Part shown: one piece after another, positions 1 to 9,734 of the stretch
Layout of the letters: every line of letters starts with the position of its first letter
Position numbering within the stretch: the first letter of the stretch is position 1
Assembly: GCA_013375475.1 (NCBI GenBank)
Contig: JABXKD010000064.1
Span: 1-22,071, forward strand
Direction: 5' to 3'
DNA from: Promethearchaeota archaeon
GTDB taxonomy: Archaea > Asgardarchaeota > Lokiarchaeia > Sigyniarchaeales > SOKP01
Length of the DNA: 22,071 bases
Made by a program: the position numbers and the translations under genes
The notes under the pieces: model-generated
Databases searched by the model: none
What the model was told of the DNA's origin: nothing
The model's input: the letters and a program-made list of their open reading frames with translations, nothing else

Positions 1-255
1 AAAATCCCTATTATTGATGTTGAAATTCCGGCTGGGGCGTATTATACCTCAATTGAAGTGCCAAAAATGCTTAAAAATTACCCATTTGTTATAGTAAGAG
101 GACATGGAATTTTTGCAAAGGGAATGACATTAGAGGACGCACTACAAAATGTCACTGGAGCAGAACAATCGGCTCATATTAGATATCTTACATTAATGAC
201 TGGAAAACCGTTAAAAAGGGATTTTTCCAAAGAAAAAGATTTCTCAATCTGGTAA
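1..255 (+). CDS. Class II aldolase/adducin family protein (fuculose-1-phosphate aldolase-like), C-terminal part; truncated by window edge
   Basis: Frame 1 is open from base 1 (KIPIIDVEIPAGAYY...) to TAA at 253-255. VIVRGHGIFAKGMTLEDA matches the class II aldolase C-terminal HG metal-ligand segment followed by G-x-T-L-E-x-A. Confidence 0.75.
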   Translation, partial: KIPIIDVEIPAGAYYTSIEVPKMLKNYPFVIVRGHGIFAKGMTLEDALQNVTGAEQSAHIRYLTLMTGKPLKRDFSKEKDFSIW

Positions 256-400
256 TTATGTTTTTAAAATATTAGCCATTGGTTATCAGATTTTAATGAC
301 TAGGATCAAGGGGAGAGTTTTAATATTTAGATGAGTTTTATACCTAAATAAGCGTTAAAAGTGTCATAAAAGCATAAAAATATAAATATCAGAGAAGACA

Positions 401-1897
401 ATGAAAAAGACTGCAGTCGTACTCACTAAATCGGGAAAGATTCAAGGTTATGTAGAGGAGGGTGTAGAAATTTATAAAGGAATTCCCTATGCAGAATCGC
501 CTATAGGTGATCTTAGATTTCGGGAGCCACTTCCGAAAAAAAAATGGGATGAAATAAGAAATTGTACCCAGTTTGGACCTATTGCTCCCCAAGGTTATCA
601 CGATGATCCAAAAATAGAGTTACCCGAAGATGAGGACTGTTTATACCTCAATATATGGACTCCATGTTCAGATGATAAAAAACGACCGGTCATGGTTTGG
701 ATCCATGGAGGGGGATTTATTATAGGAGGAGGAAGACCACGAAGTGATGGGGCAAAACTAGCATCTTATGGAGATGTCGTAGTGGTTAGTTTCAATTATC
801 GTTTAGGGGCGTTAGGATTTCTCAACTTACCGGGAATTCCTCCTAATCTTGGAATTCAAGATCAAGTTGCAGCTCTGAAATGGATTAAAGAAAACATTGA
901 GGTTTTTGGAGGAGATTCAAACAATATAACAATTTTCGGTGAATCTGCAGGTGGTCAGTCAGTTACTATACTGCTTGCCATATCTTCTTCGAAAGGACTA
1001 TTTCATCGAGCAATTGTTCAAAGCGGAGCGGCTAATCCTCGCGATTTCAAACCCGAAAGATCAATAGAGGGTGCTGAAAAATTCATTGCAAAATTAGGTA
1101 TTAATAAGGAAAATATTGGTGAGTTGCGAAAGGTTCCCTTGAATAAGTTAATAGCTGCACAAAAAAAAATCGTTGGTAACTCATTAAGTCTTAAAAACAG
1201 TCCTTTTTGGCCTTATATTGATGGCGAAATCATCTTCGAACAACCTATTGAAATCATTCGCAAAGGTAATAATCATCAGGTTCCGATGATAATCGGTTAT
1301 AATGAAAACGAATTAGGTTTTTTGTCTGAAATATTAACTAAATCGGGTGGGATGAAGAAAAAAATAATCTTAAAATTTGTTCGTTCAGCTATTCAAAAGG
1401 GTAATATGAGTAAAGAAAATTTAGAAAATCTAATCACTTTTTATAGCAAAGTTTTAGAAAAGAAATATCCGGATAACCCAATGATGTACTGGGATATTAT
1501 TTTATCCGATTCGATGTTTAAAATACCAATTATCCGTCAACTCGAAGCACACGCCATTCATCAGTCAAATATCTATAGTTATGTTTTTTCCTATAATTCT
1601 CCCAAATTCGGATTCGCATTTCATACTTTTGAAATCCCGTTTGTGTTTAATACGATTGATAAAAAAGATGTGGCAGATGGAGCAGTAGAGGTTAGCGAAG
1701 AATCAAAGAAATTAACCAAAATTATGATGGATACTTGGATAGCATTTGCGCGAACGGGGAGTCCTGATAATAAGGGAATTCCAAAATGGCCCGTATATAA
1801 TTTGGAAGAGCGAGCGGTGATGAAATTGAGTATACATCCGGAAATGATAGAAACAAATGAAGATCCACTTCTTCAAGCCTGGAATGGAATCCCATAA
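401..1897 (+). CDS. Type-B carboxylesterase (p-nitrobenzyl esterase-like)
   Basis: YKGIPYA, EDCLYLNIWTP, WIHGGG oxyanion hole, NYRLG, nucleophile motif FGESAG, acidic residue in NENE, His in AFHTFEIP. No signal peptide evident. Confidence 0.95.
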   Translation: MKKTAVVLTKSGKIQGYVEEGVEIYKGIPYAESPIGDLRFREPLPKKKWDEIRNCTQFGPIAPQGYHDDPKIELPEDEDCLYLNIWTPCSDDKKRPVMVWIHGGGFIIGGGRPRSDGAKLASYGDVVVVSFNYRLGALGFLNLPGIPPNLGIQDQVAALKWIKENIEVFGGDSNNITIFGESAGGQSVTILLAISSSKGLFHRAIVQSGAANPRDFKPERSIEGAEKFIAKLGINKENIGELRKVPLNKLIAAQKKIVGNSLSLKNSPFWPYIDGEIIFEQPIEIIRKGNNHQVPMIIGYNENELGFLSEILTKSGGMKKKIILKFVRSAIQKGNMSKENLENLITFYSKVLEKKYPDNPMMYWDIILSDSMFKIPIIRQLEAHAIHQSNIYSYVFSYNSPKFGFAFHTFEIPFVFNTIDKKDVADGAVEVSEESKKLTKIMMDTWIAFARTGSPDNKGIPKWPVYNLEERAVMKLSIHPEMIETNEDPLLQAWNGIP

Positions 1898-1904
1898 TCA
1901 TATA

Positions 1905-1912
1905 TTTTTTTT
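1905..1912 (+). terminator. Oligo-T tract, possible archaeal-type terminator
   Basis: T8 run just after the esterase stop codon. Confidence 0.35.
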
Positions 1913-1965
1913 AATAAAATAATTATCCATTCAATATGTAAACTACTATATTCGAATAAAAAAGA

Positions 1966-2859
1966 ATGAAAAGATTTATGTTAATTGAAAAACTTGGTTT
2001 TGAAGCCACTGATAAAGTTGTTATTTTACACATTGACGACGTAGGATTCTCTCATGCCTCAAATATAGCTACTTTTGAGTGTTTGGATTTTGGTGTCGCG
2101 AGTTGCGGATCAGTAATAGCTCCTGCTCCCTGGTTTTTAGAAACCGCATCAATTTGTAAAAAAAAGCCCTCATATGATATCGGCGTACATATAACTCTCA
2201 CAAGTGAATACGACCTTTACAGATGGCGGGCGTTGAGTAGTGTGGATCCTAAAACTGGTTTACTCGATTCAGAGAGATCCTTGTGGCGAACTACTGAGGA
2301 AGCAATTGGTCACATAAGTACCCAAGCAGCAGAAGTCGAAATGCGAACTCAAGTTCAAATGGCGATTGATAATGGTATTGATGTCACTCATATTGATACT
2401 CACATGGGTACTGTTATGGCTCCTAAATTTCTCCCTTCTTATCTGAAGATTGCTCGAGAGTTTAATGTTCCTGCATTTCTACCACGAGTAACGAGAAGCG
2501 ATTTAGAAACTAGAGGGTTAGGAGCTCTCGCGGATTTCTACTTAAAGCTCCTTTCTGATCTGGAAAAAACAGGTACTCCTATAATCGATAATATAATTAC
2601 TGAGACAATGGGAGATAGCCCTGATAAAACGGAATATTACTGTAAAATGTTTAAGGAACTTAAACCAGGAATAACCCACTTTTTGTTTCACCCCGCAAAA
2701 ATGAGCCCTGAATTAAATTCTATTGCCCCAGATTCTGCCAAATGGCGAGATCTCGATTATCAAGCATTTACTAATCTAAAACTCAAAGAATGTGTTAAAG
2801 AACTTGACTTAAAAATAATTGGATATAGAAAAATCAGAGAAGTTCTTAGAAGAAATTAA
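1966..2859 (+). CDS. YdjC/ChbG-family carbohydrate deacetylase
   Basis: HIDDVG (DD motif), GVHITL, THIDTHMG and LFHP motifs. Alternative start ATG at 1978. Confidence 0.9.
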   Translation: MKRFMLIEKLGFEATDKVVILHIDDVGFSHASNIATFECLDFGVASCGSVIAPAPWFLETASICKKKPSYDIGVHITLTSEYDLYRWRALSSVDPKTGLLDSERSLWRTTEEAIGHISTQAAEVEMRTQVQMAIDNGIDVTHIDTHMGTVMAPKFLPSYLKIAREFNVPAFLPRVTRSDLETRGLGALADFYLKLLSDLEKTGTPIIDNIITETMGDSPDKTEYYCKMFKELKPGITHFLFHPAKMSPELNSIAPDSAKWRDLDYQAFTNLKLKECVKELDLKIIGYRKIREVLRRN

Positions 2860-2872
2860 ATTCAATCTGATG

Positions 2873-4846
2873 TTAGACATAATTCACCCAAATTGGAGAT
2901 GACCATCCCCTTTCACCGTCGAATTGAGTCGTTCTGATGTAATAGTAAGCCGTATCACCGTTTTTTAGAGATTTATCTTCAAATGCAAACTTGATTCTAT
3001 CACTTGATGGTACCCTAATTGCGATTAAATCTCCATTCTTTATGAGCTCTACACTTTCAAGCTTAGTAGTACCACACACAGTTATAATTATGATTGGAGG
3101 TTTTGAAACTTCTACTTCCTCACCCATTAAAGCAGACTCTATTTTAATTTTCATCCAAATTCTTTCTCCCGTAGTAGCATAACACTTCCTTTGATTAATA
3201 CTTTGAATCAAATTCTTTGAACTTAATTTATCAGAAAAAATTGCGGCTATTCCTGGTCGATATCTTAAAATCGGAACGATATTTTTCATTTTATACTGCC
3301 TTACAGGACGCCCAGGATGTGAATAATGATCGTCTCCGCCACCAATGAAACCTAATTTAAGGCCATTATTTAACGCCCAAATTACGCTCCCTTTTTTCTT
3401 ATTATTCACTAAAGGTCTATAATTTCCAGAAAATATTTCGCTTGAACCATGAGTGGAATAAATTTCAACTACTTTTTCGATTTCATTATCAACTTCGGTC
3501 CAGGATGTTCCCATTACATAACTAACCGGTGTGTGAGAAATTATGGCGCACTCTACGCCTTTAAGCGCTTTATATAATTGGTGTTGAAAGCACCCATTCT
3601 CAGAATAATAATCAACTAAGGGAGCCTTCTCTGCAATTTCAATAGGAAATAGGATTACTTTATCAGATATAGATTCATAAGGGCTTTGTTTTTTTGTTGC
3701 AAGAGTTACGCAATAATTTCGTCCAGACCACTCGTAACCCGGGATTGCTACAAAATCCTCATTACTCCAATCTTTACATAAATTTACTAAGGAACTCCAA
3801 ACATTTTTGTTATATGGATAAGATATATTTGTGCGCCCCTCCATGAATTCGTTATTCCTTTGGTTTAAATGATCTCCTAAGGCAGCAAAATCGTGCAGAA
3901 CAACATTTTTTGCGTAATGAAATGCGTCTCTTCCGGTTCCAATACCGTCTGAGAATTCTCGAGTGTGAATATGAGTATCTCCCCAGTATACATCATTCTC
4001 TATTTCTTCATCCCAAACAATGGGGTTTGAAGCTCCAGAAATATGTTCGTAACTGACATATAATTTCCCTATAGTTAAATTCAATTCGGGAACAACTGGA
4101 AATTGAGTATAACCGGTGTTGTATTGCCTTAATGTAGTGATATTTGAACTCTGGATATTTATTTTCTTAAACTTTAATTTCTGTTTAATTTTAACGTACC
4201 CCTTCTCTAATTTAGCGGTGTTTGGATAATCTAAACACTCATCACCGATAATATCAACTACTTCGTTAAAATTATTATCTCTATTTCCGTACTTATCTAA
4301 AGCTACAATTTCAATATCTACAGGTTTTTCGTGATATAACATGGGGATTTTAACTAAAAAGGAGTTCGCTTTTCCTGAAATCATGGATATTTTTTTAAAT
4401 CCAATCCTTGAAAATAATTTTTCTTTAGGAAGTTTCATATCTAGTGCACAGTAAACTTTATCAATATAAGCCATTTCACCAGCAGTATTTACAGATTTTG
4501 TGCCATTGTAATTAAACTGAATGTAGTCTCCATGTTTCATAGGTTCGAGAATAATATATCCTAACATCAAACTGGAATGTGTAATTTTGATTTTACCATT
4601 TATAGAAGCCAAAATTGAGCAGAAATCATTCTTCAAATTTATTGGCTCCCAGCCATAAGGAATTATAAATCTAAAAAGAGTGCGACGAGGATATTCTTTC
4701 TTGGAAGTAAATTTAATTCTTATTGAAGCTTTACTATCAACAAGATATTCGTCATTCACTTCAAAATCGATATCTAATGCTTCATTTACCCTTTCTCTGT
4801 AATCGTAATACTCGATTCCATCTTCATTTGGTTCCATTTTCATCAT
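2873..4846 (-). CDS. DUF3604 / CehA-McbA-like PHP-fold metallohydrolase with beta-rich N-terminal region
   Basis: YWGDTHIHT, GDH, PGYEWS, ISHTP, VEIYSTHG, GFIGGGDDHYSHPG, CYATTG and C-terminal YYYIR...WSSPIWV motifs. Confidence 0.8.
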   Translation of the reverse strand: MMKMEPNEDGIEYYDYRERVNEALDIDFEVNDEYLVDSKASIRIKFTSKKEYPRRTLFRFIIPYGWEPINLKNDFCSILASINGKIKITHSSLMLGYIILEPMKHGDYIQFNYNGTKSVNTAGEMAYIDKVYCALDMKLPKEKLFSRIGFKKISMISGKANSFLVKIPMLYHEKPVDIEIVALDKYGNRDNNFNEVVDIIGDECLDYPNTAKLEKGYVKIKQKLKFKKINIQSSNITTLRQYNTGYTQFPVVPELNLTIGKLYVSYEHISGASNPIVWDEEIENDVYWGDTHIHTREFSDGIGTGRDAFHYAKNVVLHDFAALGDHLNQRNNEFMEGRTNISYPYNKNVWSSLVNLCKDWSNEDFVAIPGYEWSGRNYCVTLATKKQSPYESISDKVILFPIEIAEKAPLVDYYSENGCFQHQLYKALKGVECAIISHTPVSYVMGTSWTEVDNEIEKVVEIYSTHGSSEIFSGNYRPLVNNKKKGSVIWALNNGLKLGFIGGGDDHYSHPGRPVRQYKMKNIVPILRYRPGIAAIFSDKLSSKNLIQSINQRKCYATTGERIWMKIKIESALMGEEVEVSKPPIIIITVCGTTKLESVELIKNGDLIAIRVPSSDRIKFAFEDKSLKNGDTAYYYIRTTQFDGERGWSSPIWVNYV

Positions 4847-5002
4847 CTATTTAGTATTTTTTATGTTTAGAGAGCATCTTTTCGGTTCTTTAAATATCGT
4901 TAGAAAACCAAATAAGTTTTTAATAAAGTTTGGTTGATATTCTTGTTTACTTTTTAGCATTATCAGTATTCCTTTGAATTCAATTTTTATCTCAATAATT
5001 CT

Positions 5003-6220
5003 CTAAGATGCTTGTTTTAAGAGAGAAGAAATATAATCCCATTTCTTGTTTATTTTTTCAGCAGTTCGCAATCTGTTAAATATTTTATACTCAAAAGCTC
5101 CAATTAGGTTATATAACTCTATTACTTCCTTGTATACTTCGTAATTTTGGAAGAGAGTTTTATAATCCTCAATATTTTCAGAGCTCCATATGATTTCTTC
5201 CTTTTTCATCTTCTCTACTATGTTTTTAACCCAAAAATCTGCCATTTCCATGGAATAGTACAATCCTGAAGATCCAAATGGATTAACAAATCCCGCACTG
5301 TCTCCAATAAGAACTACACCAGGAAAAGGTACAAAGTTTTCTACCATTCGAGCATTTGGAAGATAGGTTACTTCTTCGTAATCAATTTTAGCCCCCTTAA
5401 AGAAATCGCTAAACCCAGGATAGCTTTTCTTTAAGTTTCCCCAGACTTTCATTATCTCGTCGCTAGTTGGGATTACAACAGTTTTCATTTGAGGGACTTG
5501 CGCCATTCTTAACATTAAACCTACTTCAACTCTTTTATCCTCTAACGGGAATATATAAGCAACGCACTGAGGGAAGTTAGGAGAATAGTCTAAATCACCG
5601 TTTCCAATAAAATAAAAATTCAAATCGGGAGTTTCCTTCATATCGATATTGGCTTCACTAATTAAGCATTTTACAATTGGGCAGTTTATTTTTTCGTCAT
5701 AAGGTACTCCATAATGTCTACCAATTACACCGGAATATCCACTACAATCTAGTATTGCCTTTCCGTAAATTTCGTTTGTATCCCCAGAATTATCTTTGTA
5801 CCTTACCCCTACACATAACCCATTTTTCTCAATGGGTTTTATAACTTCACTTTTTAGTAAAATTTCAACTCCTACTTCGGTTGCTCTTTCTACGAATCTA
5901 TCGATAAATGTACGCCATTCGAAAAAATAATGAGGATATTCGCGGAAAGTGGTTGTTGTTTGTAAGTCCCCAGGCGAATGCCAAACTCGACCTCCATTTG
6001 ATTTAATTCCTATAGAGGGAAGAAAATCTTTTCCTAGAATATCATCAACAATAGAATAATATCCCATGCCTTCACCACGAGGCTTTGGTCCAGCTTGTTC
6101 TCCTTTTTCTAAAACAGCTACTTTAAATCCTTCTCTAGCAGCCACTATACCTGCTGTTAAACCAGCCGGTCCGGCTCCAACAATTACAAAATCAAAATTC
6201 CTTGAATTTTTAATAGTCAT
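5003..6220 (-). CDS. Geranylgeranyl reductase-family FAD oxidoreductase (divergent paralogue)
   Basis: IVGAGPAG dinucleotide-binding motif and LIGDSAGFVNPFGSSG. The usual CG and YxWxFP motifs are altered (PRGEG, VAYIFP). Confidence 0.85.
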   Translation of the reverse strand: MTIKNSRNFDFVIVGAGPAGLTAGIVAAREGFKVAVLEKGEQAGPKPRGEGMGYYSIVDDILGKDFLPSIGIKSNGGRVWHSPGDLQTTTTFREYPHYFFEWRTFIDRFVERATEVGVEILLKSEVIKPIEKNGLCVGVRYKDNSGDTNEIYGKAILDCSGYSGVIGRHYGVPYDEKINCPIVKCLISEANIDMKETPDLNFYFIGNGDLDYSPNFPQCVAYIFPLEDKRVEVGLMLRMAQVPQMKTVVIPTSDEIMKVWGNLKKSYPGFSDFFKGAKIDYEEVTYLPNARMVENFVPFPGVVLIGDSAGFVNPFGSSGLYYSMEMADFWVKNIVEKMKKEEIIWSSENIEDYKTLFQNYEVYKEVIELYNLIGAFEYKIFNRLRTAEKINKKWDYISSLLKQAS

Positions 6221-6364
6221 AGTTTGAAATAAGAAAAAAGTAAATTAATTATTTTTGTTGTTAGCATATTAAATGAGTGAGTAATTGATATAACTTTTAA
6301 GTAACCAAAATATAATTCATAATATTTTAACTTCAAATAAACGCAATAAAACAGGATATAATTT

Positions 6365-7537
6365 ATGTTTGATGTTGTCATATCTGGAGCAGGCCCCGCG
6401 GGTTCTAGATGCGCTCAAGTTCTTGCGGAGCAAGGTTATGAGGTCGCTTTGCTCGAAAGAGATGTAAATTGGAGAAAACCGTGCGGAGGCGCAGTAAGTT
6501 CACGTATTTTTAAATATTACCCTCAACTACGAAAATTGGGTTATCATCCAATTACAGGAGTGACGATTTATTCTGGAGATTACCATAAACTACAGTATTC
6601 ATGGAAAAATGTTAGAGATTATTCTATAAATGTAGATCGGTTAGAATTTGATAATATCCTTAGAAATTTTGCCGTAGATGCAGGAGCACACTTATTTAAT
6701 AAGAATCTGTCTCTTGACTTTATTACAAAAAATAAGAAAAAGATAGGAATTAAAACGAAAACCCCATCAGGAACAAAAGATTATTTAGGGCAAATTTTAA
6801 TAGTAGCAGATGGAATGAGCTCGAAGTTAGCCCCTAAATCTGAACTGAGAGGAAAATGGCAAATCGATGAGATAGGGTTATGTAAATGCGCTATAATGAA
6901 AGGTGAAAATAACTTAGATAAGAATGCTATTTCTTTGTTTTTTAGAGCATATAAAGGATATGGGTGGATATTTCCTCTTGATGAAAAGAGTTTTAACATA
7001 GGTTGTGGCACTTGGTTAGACGAAAATTTAAAAACAAACTTAAATCAAGCATATTCCGAGTTTTTAAATGATCCTCATATTAAGCAATTCTTTCCTAAAT
7101 CAAAATACGAAGAAATTTGGAGCGCAGCTTATCCTATACCCGCCTTAGGGGTGAGAGAAAAATGTTTATATGGAGATAATGTATTAATCATCGGAGATGC
7201 TGCAGGTTTTGTATCTCCTATCAGTGGCGAGGGAATACACCCAAGCGTAGTATCTGGAAACTCTGCTGCTGAAATCGCTACTGAAGCTTTGAAACAAGGA
7301 GACTTTTCGACTCAAATACTAAAGAAGTACAAACAATATCCTAATATAAAAAAAATCATTAGAAATTTTAAAATGAAAGTATCTATGGTGGAGTTCTTAT
7401 TCGAAAACCAAGGCCTAAACCTTTCTAAGATGTTTGAATTAGCTGATGCAGAAGACTCGATAAGGGAGGAAGTTATTAACATGTTCTTGTTTAATACTCC
7501 GCCATCGAAAGAATTACTCTTGAGAATTAAATCTTAG
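6365..7537 (+). CDS. Geranylgeranyl reductase (digeranylgeranylglycerophospholipid reductase-like)
   Basis: GAGPAG, KPCGGA, VDRLEFD, VADG, GYGWIFP and IGDAAGFVSPISGEGI motifs. Confidence 0.9.
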   Translation: MFDVVISGAGPAGSRCAQVLAEQGYEVALLERDVNWRKPCGGAVSSRIFKYYPQLRKLGYHPITGVTIYSGDYHKLQYSWKNVRDYSINVDRLEFDNILRNFAVDAGAHLFNKNLSLDFITKNKKKIGIKTKTPSGTKDYLGQILIVADGMSSKLAPKSELRGKWQIDEIGLCKCAIMKGENNLDKNAISLFFRAYKGYGWIFPLDEKSFNIGCGTWLDENLKTNLNQAYSEFLNDPHIKQFFPKSKYEEIWSAAYPIPALGVREKCLYGDNVLIIGDAAGFVSPISGEGIHPSVVSGNSAAEIATEALKQGDFSTQILKKYKQYPNIKKIIRNFKMKVSMVEFLFENQGLNLSKMFELADAEDSIREEVINMFLFNTPPSKELLLRIKS

Positions 7538-7660
7538 TTTATTAGCATTTGACCCATCGAATTTTTTTCTAATATCTTCTTTTAAAAATAATTTATAAGC
7601 GATTGAGAATAGTCATATATGCATTTTTGGGTATTTGTACAAAAATGTGAAATATGTAGC

Positions 7661-7666
7661 GAGGTG
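7661..7666 (+). promoter_or_regulatory. Shine-Dalgarno GAGGTG
   Basis: GAGGTG ends 7 nt before the ATG at 7674. Confidence 0.75.
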
Positions 7667-7673
7667 AAATTAA

Positions 7674-7994
7674 ATGGTAATAGTTATAATGAGATTAATT
7701 CAAAGAGTGGCCAATGGCAAATGGGATGAATTAGAAGAGATTGATAAAAAATGCAATGAAGTTGAGGATAAATTAGGCTATCCTCCAAAAAAACGATATC
7801 GCAGTTTATCGGGAGCTTACGGTAATAATGTAATTATTATTGAAAGAGAATGGCAAAGCTTATCAAAAATGGAAAAAACTATGACAAAAGGTTTTTTAGA
7901 TCCTGAATTAATAACATTAGATAAAAAATTAGATTCAATTATCGAATGGCAAAAAACAGAATTGTATGTACCTCATCCACCATTTCCTGATTAA
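7674..7994 (+). CDS. Small hypothetical protein, possibly NIPSNAP-like dimeric alpha-beta barrel
   Basis: 106-aa ORF with strong SD and downstream terminator. RYRSLSG...VIIIEREWQSLSKME resembles NIPSNAP/ABM-type barrels; the fold call is tentative. Confidence 0.6.
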   Translation: MVIVIMRLIQRVANGKWDELEEIDKKCNEVEDKLGYPPKKRYRSLSGAYGNNVIIIEREWQSLSKMEKTMTKGFLDPELITLDKKLDSIIEWQKTELYVPHPPFPD

Positions 7995-8005
7995 AGAATA
8001 ATTCT

Positions 8006-8038
8006 AGAAGGTAGATTCTCCTTCTTTCCTTTTTTTTT
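8006..8038 (+). terminator. Hairpin plus T tract terminator
   Basis: AGAAGG (8006-8011) pairs with CCTTCT (8020-8025), followed by TTCC and T9. Confidence 0.6.
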
Positions 8039-8092
8039 ATAAAGATGAAATAATGTTTAAAGGGATTCTGATATTTATTAAAATAAGTTACT

Positions 8093-8707
8093 ATGGATAA
8101 TCTAAAGACTCATATCCTACAAATTTTTAATTTTATACCACTTCCATATTACGGGTTCTTATCAGCGGCAGTTGGTATAGCAGGAGATATCATAGCTATA
8201 TCGCTTTTTCCAAATTTTAGTTTAAGGTACATGATTAGCGATTTAGGAACGGGTCCCGGTGCAATATACTTTAATATCGGAACATTTTTATCTGGTATTT
8301 TTGCTTTAATCGCATATTTGTACATAATAGAAATTCTTGAGAACGAAAATCTCAATCATCCAAGAGTACTCAGAATCGGAAAAGCATTTGCGATTAATTC
8401 CTGTCTTTTTTTTGCGTTAATTGGTATTGTTCCTTCAGTTAGGAGTAATATAATACTTTTTGCCCTTCATGGAGGGGTTGCGTTAATAAGTTTAATAAGT
8501 GGAGTAATTTATTTAAGCTCGTTTAGCTTTCTTTTCTTTAAAAGTGAGAAGTTTACAGGGCTTGTTGGGTATCTACCGTTAATAGCAGTAATATTTCTTA
8601 CCCCATTTTTGTTCTCATGGCATCCAATAACGGAATGGCTTATGACGTTTGGTATTACATTCTGGATTGTTGCTATTTCAATTTACATGCTTTATCATAA
8701 GATGTAA
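8093..8707 (+). CDS. DUF998/Frag1-like integral membrane protein
   Basis: About six hydrophobic segments, ISDLG motif followed by FN, conserved-looking His (ALHG) and EW near the C-terminus. Confidence 0.7.
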   Translation: MDNLKTHILQIFNFIPLPYYGFLSAAVGIAGDIIAISLFPNFSLRYMISDLGTGPGAIYFNIGTFLSGIFALIAYLYIIEILENENLNHPRVLRIGKAFAINSCLFFALIGIVPSVRSNIILFALHGGVALISLISGVIYLSSFSFLFFKSEKFTGLVGYLPLIAVIFLTPFLFSWHPITEWLMTFGITFWIVAISIYMLYHKM

Positions 8708-8784
8708 TTCATTTTCTTCAGACAACATTTTCTCGTATTAATTATTAAAATAGTATTAAAACGATATTTAATAATCTTAAGTTA

Positions 8785-9720
8785 ATGCCAGAATTGATTG
8801 GATACATTTTAACCTTGGATGCTTTGTTCACGTGGGGAATCGCTTCCTTAGTATATAAATATAGTTTAGGTAAAATTGAGTCAAAACCAGGCCTGTTTTT
8901 TCGACTAGTCTTTGTATCGTGTTCGACATTTCTTCTTTCTCTGTTATTCGGAGCTTTTTCGTCTATTTTTACGTTGAGCACCCAAACTTTAACTGAATAT
9001 TTAGTGATGTGCTTGATTTCCGGTTTATCTGTTACGATTGGAGACTTATTATATTTCATCTCCTTAGAAAAGATTGATGTCTCTCGCGCGTTTCCGCTAA
9101 CTCAATTAAGCTTAATATTTGTATATCCCTTCGCTTTTATTTTATTTGGAGAAGAACTAAATATTTCTATAATTATAGGAGGATTGTTGATTCTAATCAG
9201 CGTTTTCTTCTTAAGTTCTAAAGATAAATCTAACAATATTGAGGTTAGTACTGAAAAAGAAAAAAAGAGTTCAGAAAATTTGGTATTAGGAGTATTATTT
9301 GCTGTTGGGGCAGCTGTTCTTTGGGGTCTTTCTATAGTTGCGTTTAACCAAGCAAGAATCATTTCAAACGATGTTTTCGTCACCAATTTCGTTAGAGTTT
9401 TTTTTGGAGCAATCCTTTTCCTTATTATTGGAATTTTTCAGAAAGATTTCTATTCTAGTTTTACAAAGGCTAATAGAAAAAACATCAAGTATTTCATATT
9501 CGTAGGTATAGCAGGAGCTTTATCATTAGGATTAGCAGATACTTTATTTTATAAAGCAGTGGAAATAAACGGTTTGGTCTTAACATCAACCTTTACAGCT
9601 AATACACCGATGGTTCAACAAATTTTCTCTATATTGATTTTAAAAGAAAAATTCCGAAAGAGATTTATAGTTGCTGTCGGATTAATAATTGTTGGCAACT
9701 ATATCATTTTATTTTTATAG
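8785..9720 (+). CDS. DMT/EamA-family transporter
   Basis: Two repeats of about five TM helices (WG..., FR/VR, GD/AD-xLY/F, P, LFGEE/ILKEK) joined by a hydrophilic linker. Confidence 0.9.
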   Translation: MPELIGYILTLDALFTWGIASLVYKYSLGKIESKPGLFFRLVFVSCSTFLLSLLFGAFSSIFTLSTQTLTEYLVMCLISGLSVTIGDLLYFISLEKIDVSRAFPLTQLSLIFVYPFAFILFGEELNISIIIGGLLILISVFFLSSKDKSNNIEVSTEKEKKSSENLVLGVLFAVGAAVLWGLSIVAFNQARIISNDVFVTNFVRVFFGAILFLIIGIFQKDFYSSFTKANRKNIKYFIFVGIAGALSLGLADTLFYKAVEINGLVLTSTFTANTPMVQQIFSILILKEKFRKRFIVAVGLIIVGNYIILFL

Positions 9721-9734
9721 GTTCATTAATCAAT

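Noticed and set aside
58-255. GTG at 58 as the start of a 65-aa protein
   Set aside because: The frame is open to the window edge and the sequence is only the C-terminal part of a class II aldolase.
6307-6328. AAAATAT/ATATTTT inverted repeat and similar A/T-only palindromes near 13149-13160 and 20277-20291
   Set aside because: Short and purely A/T in very AT-rich intergenic DNA, so expected by chance.
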